A stretch of DNA of 52,766 nucleotides, from contig NKIB01013718.1 in NCBI GenBank assembly GCA_002256025.1, positions 1-52,766 of the forward strand. Reading direction: 5' to 3'. Made by a program: the position numbers and the translations under genes. Positions 35,143 to 47,245 of the stretch are shown piece by piece. This DNA comes from Asterionella formosa (Eukaryota). The number at the start of each line of letters is the position of its first letter. Position 1 is the stretch's first letter. The notes beneath the pieces were generated by a model. The model saw nothing but the letters and a program-made list of their open reading frames with translations. It was not told the DNA's origin and searched no databases.

Positions 35143-36669
35143 GATGATGCTTCAATGATTCAACAATTTGATTCAGCAATGATGGTGACCGCAGTCGTCG
35201 CTCTCGGCTTTTCCTTGAAATGTAGCGCAGTGTAATGTGCAGACACGTATTCTATTCTATAACGCAATCGACAAGAATGTGAGAAAAGCACACATAGGCA
35301 GCAGTCGCCATCTTGATGGGTGCAAGGGAATTCACAGTCCCATCAGCGCCAGAGAAATCCTATGCAAGATCAATACAGACTGAAGCTGATTGTATCCGGC
35401 ATTTCCACAGTTGTTATACCAGGGACCAGACCAGATAGCTCCGATTCAACATGAGCTCACCTGTGTGCACGGCTTTCATATGTGCGAAAATAATAAGTAA
35501 CAATACAAGCAAATAAATGCGATTACCAAGTACCTCCGGTCGCTGCGGTCAAGACGAACTTTGTCATAAGCATTTATGACAATGAACTCTATGTAGTAAC
35601 GGTAAGCCGGCGTTGATTTGATTTTAATGATGCCGGCGCATCAGAGCATCATAAACTTTTCGAAATATACGAGGTGCAAGTGCACAAAAGGTATTTTCCT
35701 ATTTAAGCCAGACGCGGCTGCACTTCTTAACCATCATCAAAAATAGCTAAGATAGGTACCGGTAGAAACAGAGAATCCTCATCATCACCCTCAAAAGCAG
35801 GGCAGGCAGGCCAGGCAGAAAACCCAGAGGTGGCTGCTCCAATATCGTCGTGTAAAGCAATAAGCAATGCATGCTGGCTGGGGCAATACAACTCCAGGAG
35901 CTTTTCTTCTTGCCATTCGTGTATTCCTAAGTAATATCCAGGCTTCAAGTAATTTCTATTTATGGATGGGGCACATCGGCTTTTCGGCATTCTGCCTTAA
36001 ATTCTTTTTTAAAAGCGGACGGCAAGAATATTGACGGTAATTTATGAAGAAATGCATATATTCGGAGTATGGACATATTTTGGGTTGGTGGTGATGAGTT
36101 GCATTTCAGTTTTACCGGACACTTTGACATTTACGTAGGTCAGAGATGAACAGGCTACATACAATATTTTCCACACACGAGTGTACCACAGGGCGGAATC
36201 CAGAATCCGTTCATATGCCATACCGGTACTTCATGTCGAAATCAACAGTACGACATCATAAATAATATTTATTATTTTGTATTTCTATCATATACATATA
36301 TATATATACCGGTATTATGTTCAAGGAAGTTGGAAATCAACTCGGTGAGTAGTATGAGTATGGAGTACAATTTACGATTTTAATATTCTGTTGACAATCT
36401 TAGTAGTTTTACTTGTGTGTTTTCTAAAAGAGTGAGCTTAAACTAAATGTAATTTTGAAATGTAGTTTGATTGAAACATGGCAACTCCTCCATGTTTCTG
36501 AAATGAATTTGTTCTTTGTTCCTTGGAGGCGAGGTTCTTCGTAGTTCCTACAGCTGTAGCAAAGTAGATTACATCCTCTTGTAGTAACATATATATCCAT
36601 CTAGCCTAGATAGATTCTAGGACATAGATGTTCCTCTACTGAGATACTTCTTTCAGGTATCTGCAATAT

Positions 36670-36729
36670 GATGATTGGATTGTTCCTCAATCCTTTAATA
36701 GGATGATTCGATTGTTCTTCAATCCTTTA
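36670..36729. repeat. 28-bp direct repeat, 32-bp period
   Basis: GATGATT(G/C)GATTGTTC(C/T)TCAATCCTTTA at 36670 and 36702. Confidence 0.85.
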
Positions 36730-37071
36730 GACAGAACTGATTTGTCTCTCCAATCATTCGTAGCTAGTTTAGGGTTTACCAAGTTTGTTTGGTAAACATA
36801 GGGAAACTTGATAGAATTCGCCCTTTAAAATTGTTCTTTATCAAATGTCTGAAGGTTATAAACCTTGGTATCTAATTGTGCGTTGTTCCATCAAACACAA
36901 CGACTACTAGTAGGGAAATGTTGTCTTCACGCAGCAAAGTGGAGACCTAACTTGGAATCAGGAATCAAGAATTCTTCTGTGTTTCAACTAAGAAGCATGG
37001 TGATACATGTGGTACATTACCAGTCACCTGGTACCAAGTGTATATACCAGGGGCAACTCACCACGAAGTAC

Positions 37072-37223
37072 TAGGCGATAGAATACGAAAATGATCACGT
37101 TGCTACGACATATAGCTGTGCAAATGATGCTGTTGCTTTGCTGTTACTATCACTCCAGCATGTAATAGGCGATAGAATACGAAAATGATCACGTGACTAC
37201 GACAAATACCGCCCTGTGCAAAT
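37072..37223. repeat. ~55-bp direct repeat, 94-bp period
   Basis: TAGGCGATAGAATACGAAAATGATCACGT..CTACGACA...CTGTGCAAAT at 37072 and 37166. Confidence 0.9.
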
Positions 37224-37414
37224 ACTTTACCAGGAGGTACCAGATACCAGGTATCCTACCTGGTACCTGGTTCCTGCATCCACACACTGATATAGTGGGT
37301 GGTACATCAACTGGTACATACATTGGAGCATCATTGGAAACACTGCAGCTTTGGTTTCATTACCATAAGTTTCAGATTTTAAAAACAGAGGGGGAGAGGA
37401 AGAGAATCATGCAA

Positions 37415-38549
37415 GTAACATGGGTAGACCACATAAGGACTTCCCACAAATGCTCATACCACTGGACATCAATGTCCTTGACTCTGCCCATTGACCACCC
37501 TCCATTTACACTGATAGAACCTGATGAAGTTCCCCCATAAAAGTAGCAGCCCCTTTTCTTATACTGTGCATTCTGATGTTGTTTGATTCAATACTTTATT
37601 CAAATAGCTGTCCTTTCTTGGCTTCTGCTTTAAAATAGATGAAAATCTCTCAAATTGATTGTGACCAGCAGCCAAGGAATAAGCAACTATTTCCTTTAGC
37701 AACGTTATTAAATCTTCCCAAGTACCCACTCATTTGGATTTGCATAAATATGTCTGGGATGTTTTGATTGAGTCCCTCTTTGATCTGTCTTGGTGTTCGC
37801 CAAGTATTTACGCAGAGCATCATCAGTCCACTCCATATGTTACAAGCAGATTTGGCTTGTGCTATTGACCCTGTAAATCAAAGTTCAAGTAAAGGCCAGG
37901 AATAGGTGACCCCAAATGCCATCAACAGTTCCTAACTCAATGAACCAAGTACAACTTGTCCTTATATTACCTCCTTTGAAAAGAGGTGATATAGTTGATT
38001 GTTCATGGGGTCCTTACCCTCAAAAAACTCTTCTAACCCATAATGATTCTCTACTGGCTGCAATAATCTGATAAAAACCATGCAAAAGGTTGCCTGCTCA
38101 AAATTAACTGTGAAGCCTGTGCAATTATGTAGCCTGAATAAGTTGAATAGATCTGATTGCTTATTCCCATAGCAGCTCTTGGAAAGCCTATCTAGTGTCC
38201 AAGAATAGCGAAGGCTCTGGAGATATACCAAATACCCTGCTGGAATCATGATTGCAGAGAGCATCATGATGGCTTGCTCTGCAGCATGCTGAATCAATTC
38301 AACTAAACCGTTTCTAACACGATTTTTTTCTTCCCTTGTACCTATACCTGCTGCCTCCATCTCAGGAAGAATCATCGTCTGGTTCTGAGCATATGCTGTA
38401 AACCATCCTGGTTTGTGTTCAACACACCAGCAAAAAGTGGCCAAACTGTCAGAAATGTATGCCCAGCATGTACCCTTGTCTATCATCATCTGCTCATTGA
38501 ATTCCTGTAAAGGAATGTCATGAGGATGAAGAGGGACATCTGGAATCAT
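37415..38549 (-). pseudogene. Decayed Crypton-type tyrosine-recombinase transposon ORF
   Basis: LSKSCYGNKQSDLFNLFRLHN...EGKDPM. In shifted frames: WFIELGTVDGIWGHLFLAFT*TLIYRVNST, NTKTDQRG..SKHPRHIYANP, MHSIRKGAAT (HxxR at 37551-37568) and GGWSMGRVKDI. Stops and frameshifts throughout. Confidence 0.8.
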
Positions 38550-38856
38550 GATGGTGAGCATGAAGGGAAGAGGATGCAACCAAGAATGTGCAAATGAGCA
38601 GTAAATCTGATAATGAATGTGCATGCAAAAATTATAGTAGTTATTACAATAATTATAATGTACCTATACTTGTATTCACAGAAATGGTATATGTCATACG
38701 TTAGAGTGATGTTGGGTGGTGCAATTCTAAATAGTAGTTGCAGCCACGTATGTATCACACTTGTACTGACAAAAGAGGCACATTTTCGCTCGATCAGGAT
38801 TCCATTTAAAAAATTAGCCTTCAGTAGAGAGCTACTGCAAGCTAGTACTAGATATT

Positions 38857-39199
38857 TACCGGACAATCGTCCGGTATAACGCCGTGAAGGTGGTCTTCAC
38901 TAAACTTCAACCGAAAATCACTAGCTTCACCATGATCGTCTCGATGAACAACAGGTCGATCATTTTCTCAAATACCGGACAATTGTCCAGTGGAGGTACA
39001 CAGAATCCTGGTACTTTGTCCGGTAGAACTGAACTGATGGTAAAACGAGCAGCAAACACGCCTCGAGAATGGCTGATTGTGTTAAAATTAGCTTTAGTGG
39101 CGCAACTTCCTGTAAGTTGCGGTCATTTTGCTTAATCTAACATTTTAATCTGGGATGAAGATCGCTAAATCTTTAGTTTCAGCAAAATTACCGCAACTT
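38857..39199. repeat. Cluster of palindromes/inverted repeats upstream of the Crypton ORF
   Basis: TACCGGAC-aatc-GTCCGGTA (38857-38876), TACCGGAC-aatt-GTCCAGTG (38973-38992), a half-site near 39018, CGCAACTT-cctgt-AAGTTGCG (39101-39121), and a 19-bp IR 39114-39132/39181-39199 matching at 18/19. Confidence 0.8.
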
Positions 39200-39227
39200 G
39201 CTGGCCCTCTCCATCACCTGGTACCTG

Positions 39228-39406
39228 GTACTGCCCTTGGAAGATGGGGTGAGCGAAGATCTTTCACGCACTGCTCATTTACATATTATTCTGCTATGAC
39301 TCCTTGTACCTGGCTGGAACATATGATACAAATACTGTCTATTTCCATTCAGACATTCCTTGGACTTCATCCATTCTCTGGACACCTGTCAACATCAACA
39401 GCCTAA
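39228..39406 (-). repeat. Dispersed repeat, inverted copy of 13489-13654
   Basis: Reverse complement aligns with 13489-13654 over several conserved blocks. Confidence 0.8.
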
Positions 39407-40673
39407 TGAACAGGTTCTGACATGATTGTTACAATATCAATAAATATGATTGTGATGTTTGGATCAACCAAAGAATGATATGAAATGTAATAAGGAACCA
39501 TACAAGAAATAAAAAAATGTTTTGGGTCAGAAATGAATTAAAAAATATCAGTTTCTGAGGAGATGCATTGCTTGTAGTAGTAATTCTTACACAAGCAACA
39601 TTGACTTTCCATCACACAATCAAAGGATTGAATTGCACAGAAAACAAAGAAGTACCCCTGAAACCAATTGAGATTTGGATGGTACCATAGAGTACATCTA
39701 AGCCGCGAAATACACCACTTTTCGAAATTTGTTCTGCATAGGAGTGTTAATTATGTGGTACTTCACATGAATTAATGCCACTCTTCCCGGAGAAAAGGTT
39801 ACTTTTAACGGTTTCATGTGAAGATTTCACAAAAAACTTTGAACTCGAGACTGAATTAGTTGATGTTTCAAATAATTCATTTCAAAGTTCAACTAAGACC
39901 CTGCTCTTGTGGCTAATTCATTTACGACATGCATCTTCCTTTGTGAAATAGTAAGGATAGTATTTGTGGTGTCTTAATTCATGCTACCAGGTACAGTTTA
40001 TGGTTGTGCACTTCACGTAAATAATATTTACTGTTTTGCTCAACAAGATTACTCATCGTGGTTTCATGTGATGGCTGGTTCACAATCATACAGTTATTTC
40101 CAAGGCAGGACTAGTTGATGTTACAACTAAACATTTTAAAAGTTCAAGATAAATTTTTTAGAGGATAAATCATTGCGAAAGACGACTTCACTACAAATTG
40201 TTTGATTGCAATCTGCCCTGAATTGATTGAGCAAAACGGAACGAAATGGATCTCGAGAAATATTGCGACATGATTCGTGAGGATGCAAGCAACAACCAAC
40301 CCTAATGAGGACAAAACAGGTACGGAACGAAACATTTAATATTGAATTTGAAATGCTAAACTAAATATCTATTCGAATTAGTCTGTGTTATCGACAGCAA
40401 ATCTTCGGAGTGCTATGGTCATGAATTGATGGAGAAAATCGAAGCAATGTGGTTGTCGGCAAGTGGGTGCATGCAGCATATCAACAATCATCCTTACCAT
40501 CGATATTGTCAGCATCCAATACGAATTCTCTTATTCTTTTACATAAACTATATTTCGTATGAATTCTGAAGATACAAAATATATGGATAACATACCTGGT
40601 GTATTGTGAATATGTCTGGAATGGCATCGTGATGCTGAGTGTGTTGACCTCAGCTAATGAATAGTTCTTGGTA

Positions 40674-40870
40674 TGGTACCTTGGACCAGGTACCGGTATA
40701 CAAGGCCTACTCAGGGCTACTATGATACATACTACCAGGGCTAGTACCAGGGGAGCACCTGTTACCTGGTACCTTGTACCTTGGGTCTTCTGACGTTGCA
40801 CTCAGACATGCTAACAAATAGCTATACTGTATGGTACCACCAGGTACTCCTGGCTGGTAGGTACCAGGTC
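40674..40870. repeat. Dense GGTACC/TACCWGG motif cluster
   Basis: Many TACCAGG/TACCTGG/GGTACC units within ~200 bp. Confidence 0.75.
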
Positions 40871-40887
40871 ATCGTTACAAGTGTGAG

Positions 40888-41070
40888 ACTGTAGGTTTGC
40901 CCTACCAGTATTTCCGTCTTTCCGTTCTTGTTACAATAGGAATTATTTCGTTCGTACTGAGAAACTGTACTCATTTCTATGTGCATACTGTGGAACTGTA
41001 GGTTTGCACTACCAGCATTGCTTCCCATATTCCCCTTATTACAATAGAATATGGCGTTCGTACTGTGAAT
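40888..41070. repeat. Degenerate direct repeat, ~107-bp period
   Basis: ACTGTAGGTTTGC.CTACCAG.ATT...TTACAATAG...CGTTCGTACTG.GAA at 40888 and 40995. Confidence 0.8.
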
Positions 41071-43328
41071 ATATTAAGAGTAACCACTGGCTGTGTCCTC
41101 TCTTTCTTGTCATACCGATATTTGTTTAAGGTCACAGTTGTAGCATCAAAAATTTTCCCGACGAAGTAAGACTGCGCCAGGTTTTTTCATGTAGATTGTA
41201 GGTTCTGTTGGTACAAAGATGAAGTCATGGCTGCGCCAGGATTTTTGACCCTCTGAATTCATAAAGACAACATTTAACCACCACTGTGCACAATATATGT
41301 TTTCAACATGGGGATGACCCTTAAAAGCAGCATCCCCTTGTAGCTTTTCAGCGCCTCACCATTGACAAATCCTACATCAGCCAAGAACTCACATATTGTT
41401 TGTTGAAACAATAGAAGGTGGAATGACACAACATTGAGATCGTAAGCAATCGATGCTTTTAAGGTGAGATTTATTTGCTTGCTATTTTTGCTATTATATC
41501 ACCAAGCAAGGGATAACTCATAATATGTCATGCTTTTGTTTTCAACATTCATTTGACATTTGAACAGGCCTTTTCAGAAAAGCAGTGTGCTTTGGAAAGT
41601 ATGAGTGATAGCAGATGAAATGACACAATATGGAGACCCGCAATGGAGGCCTTCAAGGTGAGCTTAATCTTCAGTTTTTATAATTGTATCAGCAAAGCGA
41701 GCGAGAAATCACATGGTTCTGTTATTGTTCTCTACATTTATTTTACATTTTAGCCGTCAATTTCACAACAGGAGCATCTTTTTAAATTCATCAGTGAGTT
41801 GCGGTGCTGCCTGGTGGCTGGCTAATGCCGGTGTTCTGCTGTCAATTTGACTGCTCCGTGAAACAGTTGAATAGCACATGTGTGTGTTGCTTTCTGTTGT
41901 TGCTTTCTGCTGTTGCTAGTTCTATTAAATGAATTACTGACACACTGTTCTTTTGTAAACCTTTGCAGGTCAATGAAGAAGTCATTTCAAGGACAACAAG
42001 GAGGAAGCCAGTGTGATACATTCCTGTTGCGATTTCGCACCATGATGCCTTTTCAAGAATGAATAATTTTTTCATTCAGAATGAATGGTTTCTGTTTGTC
42101 TTGCATTGTCCTTACAAACATCTCATGATGCCTGCCTTCTCAAGAGTGAAGATGCCATTCTGAAAGAACTGCTTTGTTTGATTGCATATCGAGATTTGTT
42201 TCCCATGTAATGTGAAATACCAGCAGTTGAATTAGAAATCAACATATTTGATTGTACTTTTAAATTACGTAAACAAATTTAATACATTACGTGAACTATA
42301 TTATAGAATTACGTGAACAAAATTATAAGGCAATGTGAACTAAATTATAGAATTAAGTGAAGTATTTCAAATAATTATGTGAAGGTGATCACGTAATATA
42401 GTGATGATCAGGAATGCATGCATGATACTCTGATCAAATAATTAACTTGATGTATTCAGATAATATATATAGATATATTCAAGTAAGCATTTTGATGTAT
42501 TCAACTAATTCATGAGATCAATTCAAAATCAACTAGGCTTATTTACGTTATGGTCACTTCTCGTAATACGCGGCTTAGAAGTAGGTGAGCTGTATCCTGA
42601 TAGCAGAAAACGTGTAGCAAAAGACCTTCCATCTGCAGTTCAAAACAAACAACCCTGATCATTCCATACTGTGTGTGATTACCAGGCTGCTCATCTATTG
42701 AATCAGTAATTATTAATGAGCGTTGAAATGTAGCTTCCAATATGAACTCTGAGTGAAAAGATAACAAACCGAGTTAGTATAAGAATAGCGTTGATTGGCA
42801 GCAATATTGACACCATAGTCCGCAAGAGTCATATTTTTCATACTGTCACGTTGTTTATAGGATGCCTTGATATCAATACCATTTTCATCTGATCCTGTAT
42901 GCTTCATTGTGACTTCATCCTTGATGGCAATATTTTCTTGTTGACTTCAACATTGATAAATTGCTGAATGACTGCACTAAGTTTTGATGTAGAATGGATC
43001 TAGTATTTTCATGCTAGTATGTGATGATGGCAATGGAGACAGGTCCATCGTTGACAAAATGTTAGGTCTGCATGATGGAAATACGTACACACAAAGAAAC
43101 ATGACATAGGAGGGAATCAACACAATATGCTGGTAAGGTTTTTGATGCAACCCTTTCTGCCTAACATGTAACCTGGATATCATGAATAGAAACAGTTAAT
43201 GTAAAAATATGACTACACATTGTTAGGGCCATTGGTTGCTGGGAGAGAACAATGTTAGAGGGGTGTGCAAGGCCTTTGCATCAAATAACAGAACAAGTCA
43301 TGGCTGTGAAGAATAATAGATAATTGTG

Positions 43329-45130
43329 TTAAAAATAGGGTAAGGTGGGAACGGACCTGCTCAATGGATTATCAATTGGCAGCCATTTCTCCTTAAGCCC
43401 CATTATCTTTTGTGAGGATGCACCTTCTTTATAAGAAGAAACCTCAATGAATCGGGAGACGAGGAGGTGATTGATTTCAATAAAAGACGGCCTCTTTGTG
43501 GAATTCACGTGCCATGAGTTTCGAAGTAAGTTCGCCATTTCACCAAAGAGAAATATGTCGAGCATAGGCCGCCCATTTCCACGCACGATCAAGTCCATGT
43601 GTGCCTCCTGGGTCATACCCATGAAAGGCCTTTGGAGACTGCAGACTTCCCAAAGTAAAATGGCAAATGAGTACACATCGGCTGACAAGTTATAGTCAGC
43701 ACTGAGAGCAACTTCAGGGGCCATGTATCGAAGTGATCCCGTCCGCCCTGTCATGTGTCGTTCATTCTCTTTGGTAATTTCCTTGGCGAGACCAAAATCA
43801 AACATCTTGAGTTCCCCAGTATGGGTAAATCCAACGTTACTCGGCTTGAGGTCCCGAAATACAATCTTCCTTTTATGCAAGTATTTCATGGCATTGACAA
43901 TAGGCATAATGATTGACCGGAGTCTTTCGTCCATTGCATGGCGCTTGAGCACATGCCTAGGCGTTGTTAACTGATCAACAATTTGATCTTCATTACTCCA
44001 TTCGTGTAACTTTTCTTCCAAGGTCCCATACAATCTATCAAGTAGGAGGAAATAACCTTCGTTTCGGAAAGCTTTGGAATATGACCCTTCTGTGACAGCA
44101 TGAAGCTTGAAAATGTCTTCATTGTCTATGCAGCGCAAGAGCTTGGCTTCTAAGACCAAATCGATGGCACCGTCTGTGAAGCCATGCTTTTCCTTCTTGA
44201 GATGATCCAAATCGAGGCGTTTTAATGCGTACTTAGTTCCAATCGTGGGTACTGTGCCATCATACTCTTGAGCATCGTATAATTCATAAGCTGCATTTTC
44301 GATGTCCAACTGGTTAAAAAATCCCCTATTTCGAGACTGGCGTCCGAGTTTTCTCCTTCGAAGGGCGTAGAAAATCGACTGTACTTAGATTCGTTGTTAC
44401 TCAATGAGATTCCCCTTAATTCATTATTAATATCTGATGAACTATTGTTGAGCCTGGTTTTGATGTCACGTAGTTTGCCAAGAGCCTTCTCCTTAATTCG
44501 GACTTCGTAGACTAGCGAAAAGCTTCCCTTACCTAAAAAATCGCCAAACGTGAGGTCTGACCAGCGGAGCTCAGGAACAATTCGAGAATTATCTAGGCTG
44601 GTTTAGGAGTCGAAGTTCTTGGCATATCGCTTGATTTTCGAGGAAACTTGCTTCGCTACGCGCTTCGTTTCTTGCCTTTCCCGTGCTGATTCGTCCTCGT
44701 CATGCTGGAGCCCGGGGCAGCTCTTGGACTTCCTTCCAGATATAATCCGCGTTTCCTTTTGATTCGAATCTCGTTCTTCCTCTTGCTGTTCAGTCTCATT
44801 TTCATCTACTTCGAGCCTAACGTAGCTCTTGGAATTCATTCCAGATATTCTACGCGAAGGAGCTTTCGCGTTGTGCTTCGGTTCTTTCCTCTCCTTTTAA
44901 TGTTCTTTCCCGTCGACTTGTACTTTAGCATCGCTCTTGGACGTGGTTCCGGATAGTCTACGCGGTTTTTCTCGCTTCGTCAGGCAAACCTGACCTTGAC
45001 TTTCCTTTACATATTCGTCCTCATCAACTTGGAGCTTGCCGGTAGGGTAAGGCATGGGCAGTCCACGAGTATTAGCGTTCGTTTCGTCGCTGGTTTCGCG
45101 TGTACCGTAAAAAATCATTCCTTGGGGCAT
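43329..45130 (-). pseudogene. TKL-like Ser/Thr protein kinase (FRDLK type) disrupted by two in-frame TAA stops and a 1-nt frameshift
   Basis: Complete kinase motifs LGKGSFS, YALK, LEAKLL, FRDLKPSN, DFG, TGSLRYMAPE, DVYSF and RPSF. TAA at 44897-44899 and 44603-44605 lie in one continuous frame. A frameshift at the A6 run 44316-44321 separates the Gly-loop from the rest. Confidence 0.75.
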
Positions 45131-46649
45131 TCCTGTTTGGAAGCGGCGAAAGACATATAAATTATGAATATTTGTCATGGACTACCAAATAAATGATTAC
45201 CGGTATTTCATTGAACATACCGGTACATCGTTTTAGACAACCGGTAAAGATATAACGCATGAAATACATGTAATAAAAAAATCTATTGGCTATGTACGAG
45301 GATTTTAAACTGTGATTTATTTAGGTTTCAATCTTGCCAAGCAGGACTCATTCACAGCCACATATGCGAAATAAATATCACTTGTGAATGTGTATACGGT
45401 ACATCATAGAGACTGTGGTTGGCACATGCAACCTTCTGGGCTTCAAACGTTCGATGATAAAATGGGCAATTGAAAGTCATTATAAAAAGAATCCTAATTA
45501 ATTAGTCTTGTGTTTTCTTAGCTAAATAAACATTGTCTTCATGATGACAATCAACTGAAGCGAAATGAGGCGTCGATCGCTGCAAGTCGATTTTCGACTT
45601 CTTCATCTCTCAGCGAATCTTGCCGCCAAGATTGACTGAGAGATGAACAAGTCGAAGATCACATATTGCAGCGATATGATAATTTCGGAGATTCATCAAT
45701 CATAGGCTTTGTTCTCCCTGTGATCACAATGCGGTAAAGCAAGTTAGAACGTATGCACAGGTAGCAATGCTAGATCACGCACCATAAATATTCCATCGAA
45801 ATATATAACTTGAATCATCGTCCTTGTTGTCCTTGTCAACTGTCATCTTGTTTGTATTGTTGATGTCTCACAACATCAGACCGGTTGATTGTTGGGTTTA
45901 GGTAGTAGCAGCTTGGAGGTGAGGGAAGCAATTGTTCCCGTTGTCCCTCATGTGGCAAACAAACTGAGGTACTCCCTAACCAAACGTGACAACCAGCAGA
46001 CCAGATATTGTCGCACAACTTTGTCTACCAGAATCTCACTCCAGTTTTCCATTTCCGTATATTCTCTTTCTTGTGGAAGCAGCTCTAACAACAGTACAAG
46101 GAATGGGTTGACTTGTAAAAAATCTGGCATATTGAAAGTCCAAGAAACATCCTGCAAGACGGACATTGTTGGCAATCAGACAAGGAACCAATTGGTGGAG
46201 ATTTCAAGAAACACTACAATCAACTGAGCAGCAATAACAGGAGAAACAACAAACGGGTAATTTAATGGACAGTTGTAGTGATGGAGGTGTGGCAAATTGG
46301 TGCGATTTGCAGATGGATTGTTGTTCGGAGATCAATTTTTGGAAATGCCATTGCATACAAATGGCCTACAGATCCGTCAGATTGTCAAAGCGCCTCAAAA
46401 CATACGATAGTATCCCTATAGTTTGTTATCATTTTTACCAGTTCATTACTTCACCAACTCAACCAAAAGCACCACCATTGTCAATCAGCTGGTTGATTTA
46501 ACATTGCTAGTGGTTTCCTCATGCTATACTGTGCTCGAGGGGTATCTTAATGACCGATTTTTCCAAAATAAGAAAGGGGTTACATAAAATACTATAGGCA
46601 TTTGTTGGGAGGCTCTACTAAAAATTGGGTGAACCTCGAAGAAAGAAGA

Positions 46650-46737
46650 TTTACCTATAAAGGAAAAGGGCTAAAAAAACCTGGAAAATACAAATGTTTG
46701 ACTATAGCAAAGGTTGCATGTGGGTTATTCGCAATGA
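46650..46737 (+). repeat. Dispersed repeat fragment, inverted copy of 15110-15190
   Basis: See 15110-15190. Confidence 0.75.
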
Positions 46738-47069
46738 CAACAACATTGGTTTTGGCGTGAAGTTTGATGCTCATGACACAGCAATCAATGTCAGATTCAT
46801 ATGATAAATATCAACTAAAAGCGTTTTAATGGGAAAAAGAACTTATATTTAAGAAGACTTATGAAAATCATTAATTGTTACTTTGTTGGACAGTATCATT
46901 GAGTGGAAGCCTGACAATTCCTTTAAGTAGATGCCAAAATTTTTTAACATAGCACTTAATACCACTGGGAGTTTAAATTCTCTGCCTATGATAATGTTAC
47001 ATACTACATAGTCTACTGGTATGTAAGGCAAATATGTAATATACCAGTATGGATATTTGGTACATGTAC

Positions 47070-47245
47070 TAGGTGAGCAATCCCACCAGCACACAACAAT
47101 ACAGAGTATATAGGGCTAGGGTTGTATCCATATGTTGATTATATGGGAGCATGTCTAAAACCTATTGAATACTTTGGTGTCAGCTTAGTTGAATGGGTTC
47201 GATACCATGAAAACTAATAAGCTCATATATTTAACAAGTTCTGCT
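47070..47245 (+). repeat. TE-terminus-like dispersed repeat; second copy 52575-52755
   Basis: Shared YAGGTGAGCRATC...CAATACAGA(T)GTATATAGGGYTAG...ATACTTTGGTGTC...AATAAGCTCATATATTYAACAA. Confidence 0.8.

Larger units (their letters stand above)
39695..42581. mobile_element. Non-autonomous TIR element, ~2.9 kb
   Basis: Left end CATCTAAGCCGCG(A)A(A)TAC and right end GTAATACGCGGCTTAGAAG form an imperfect ~19-bp TIR, with TA on both outer sides (39693-94, 42582-83). Right 330 bp is duplicated at 1-373. No long ORF inside. Confidence 0.65.

Noticed and set aside
35727..35990. 87-aa ATG-initiated ORF upstream of VPS13
   Set aside because: No recognisable motif and no convincing splice link to other exons.
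44603..44899. TAA reassignment or programmed readthrough in the kinase
   Set aside because: TAA terminates most intact genes in the window, and a frameshift is also present. Pseudogenisation is simpler.
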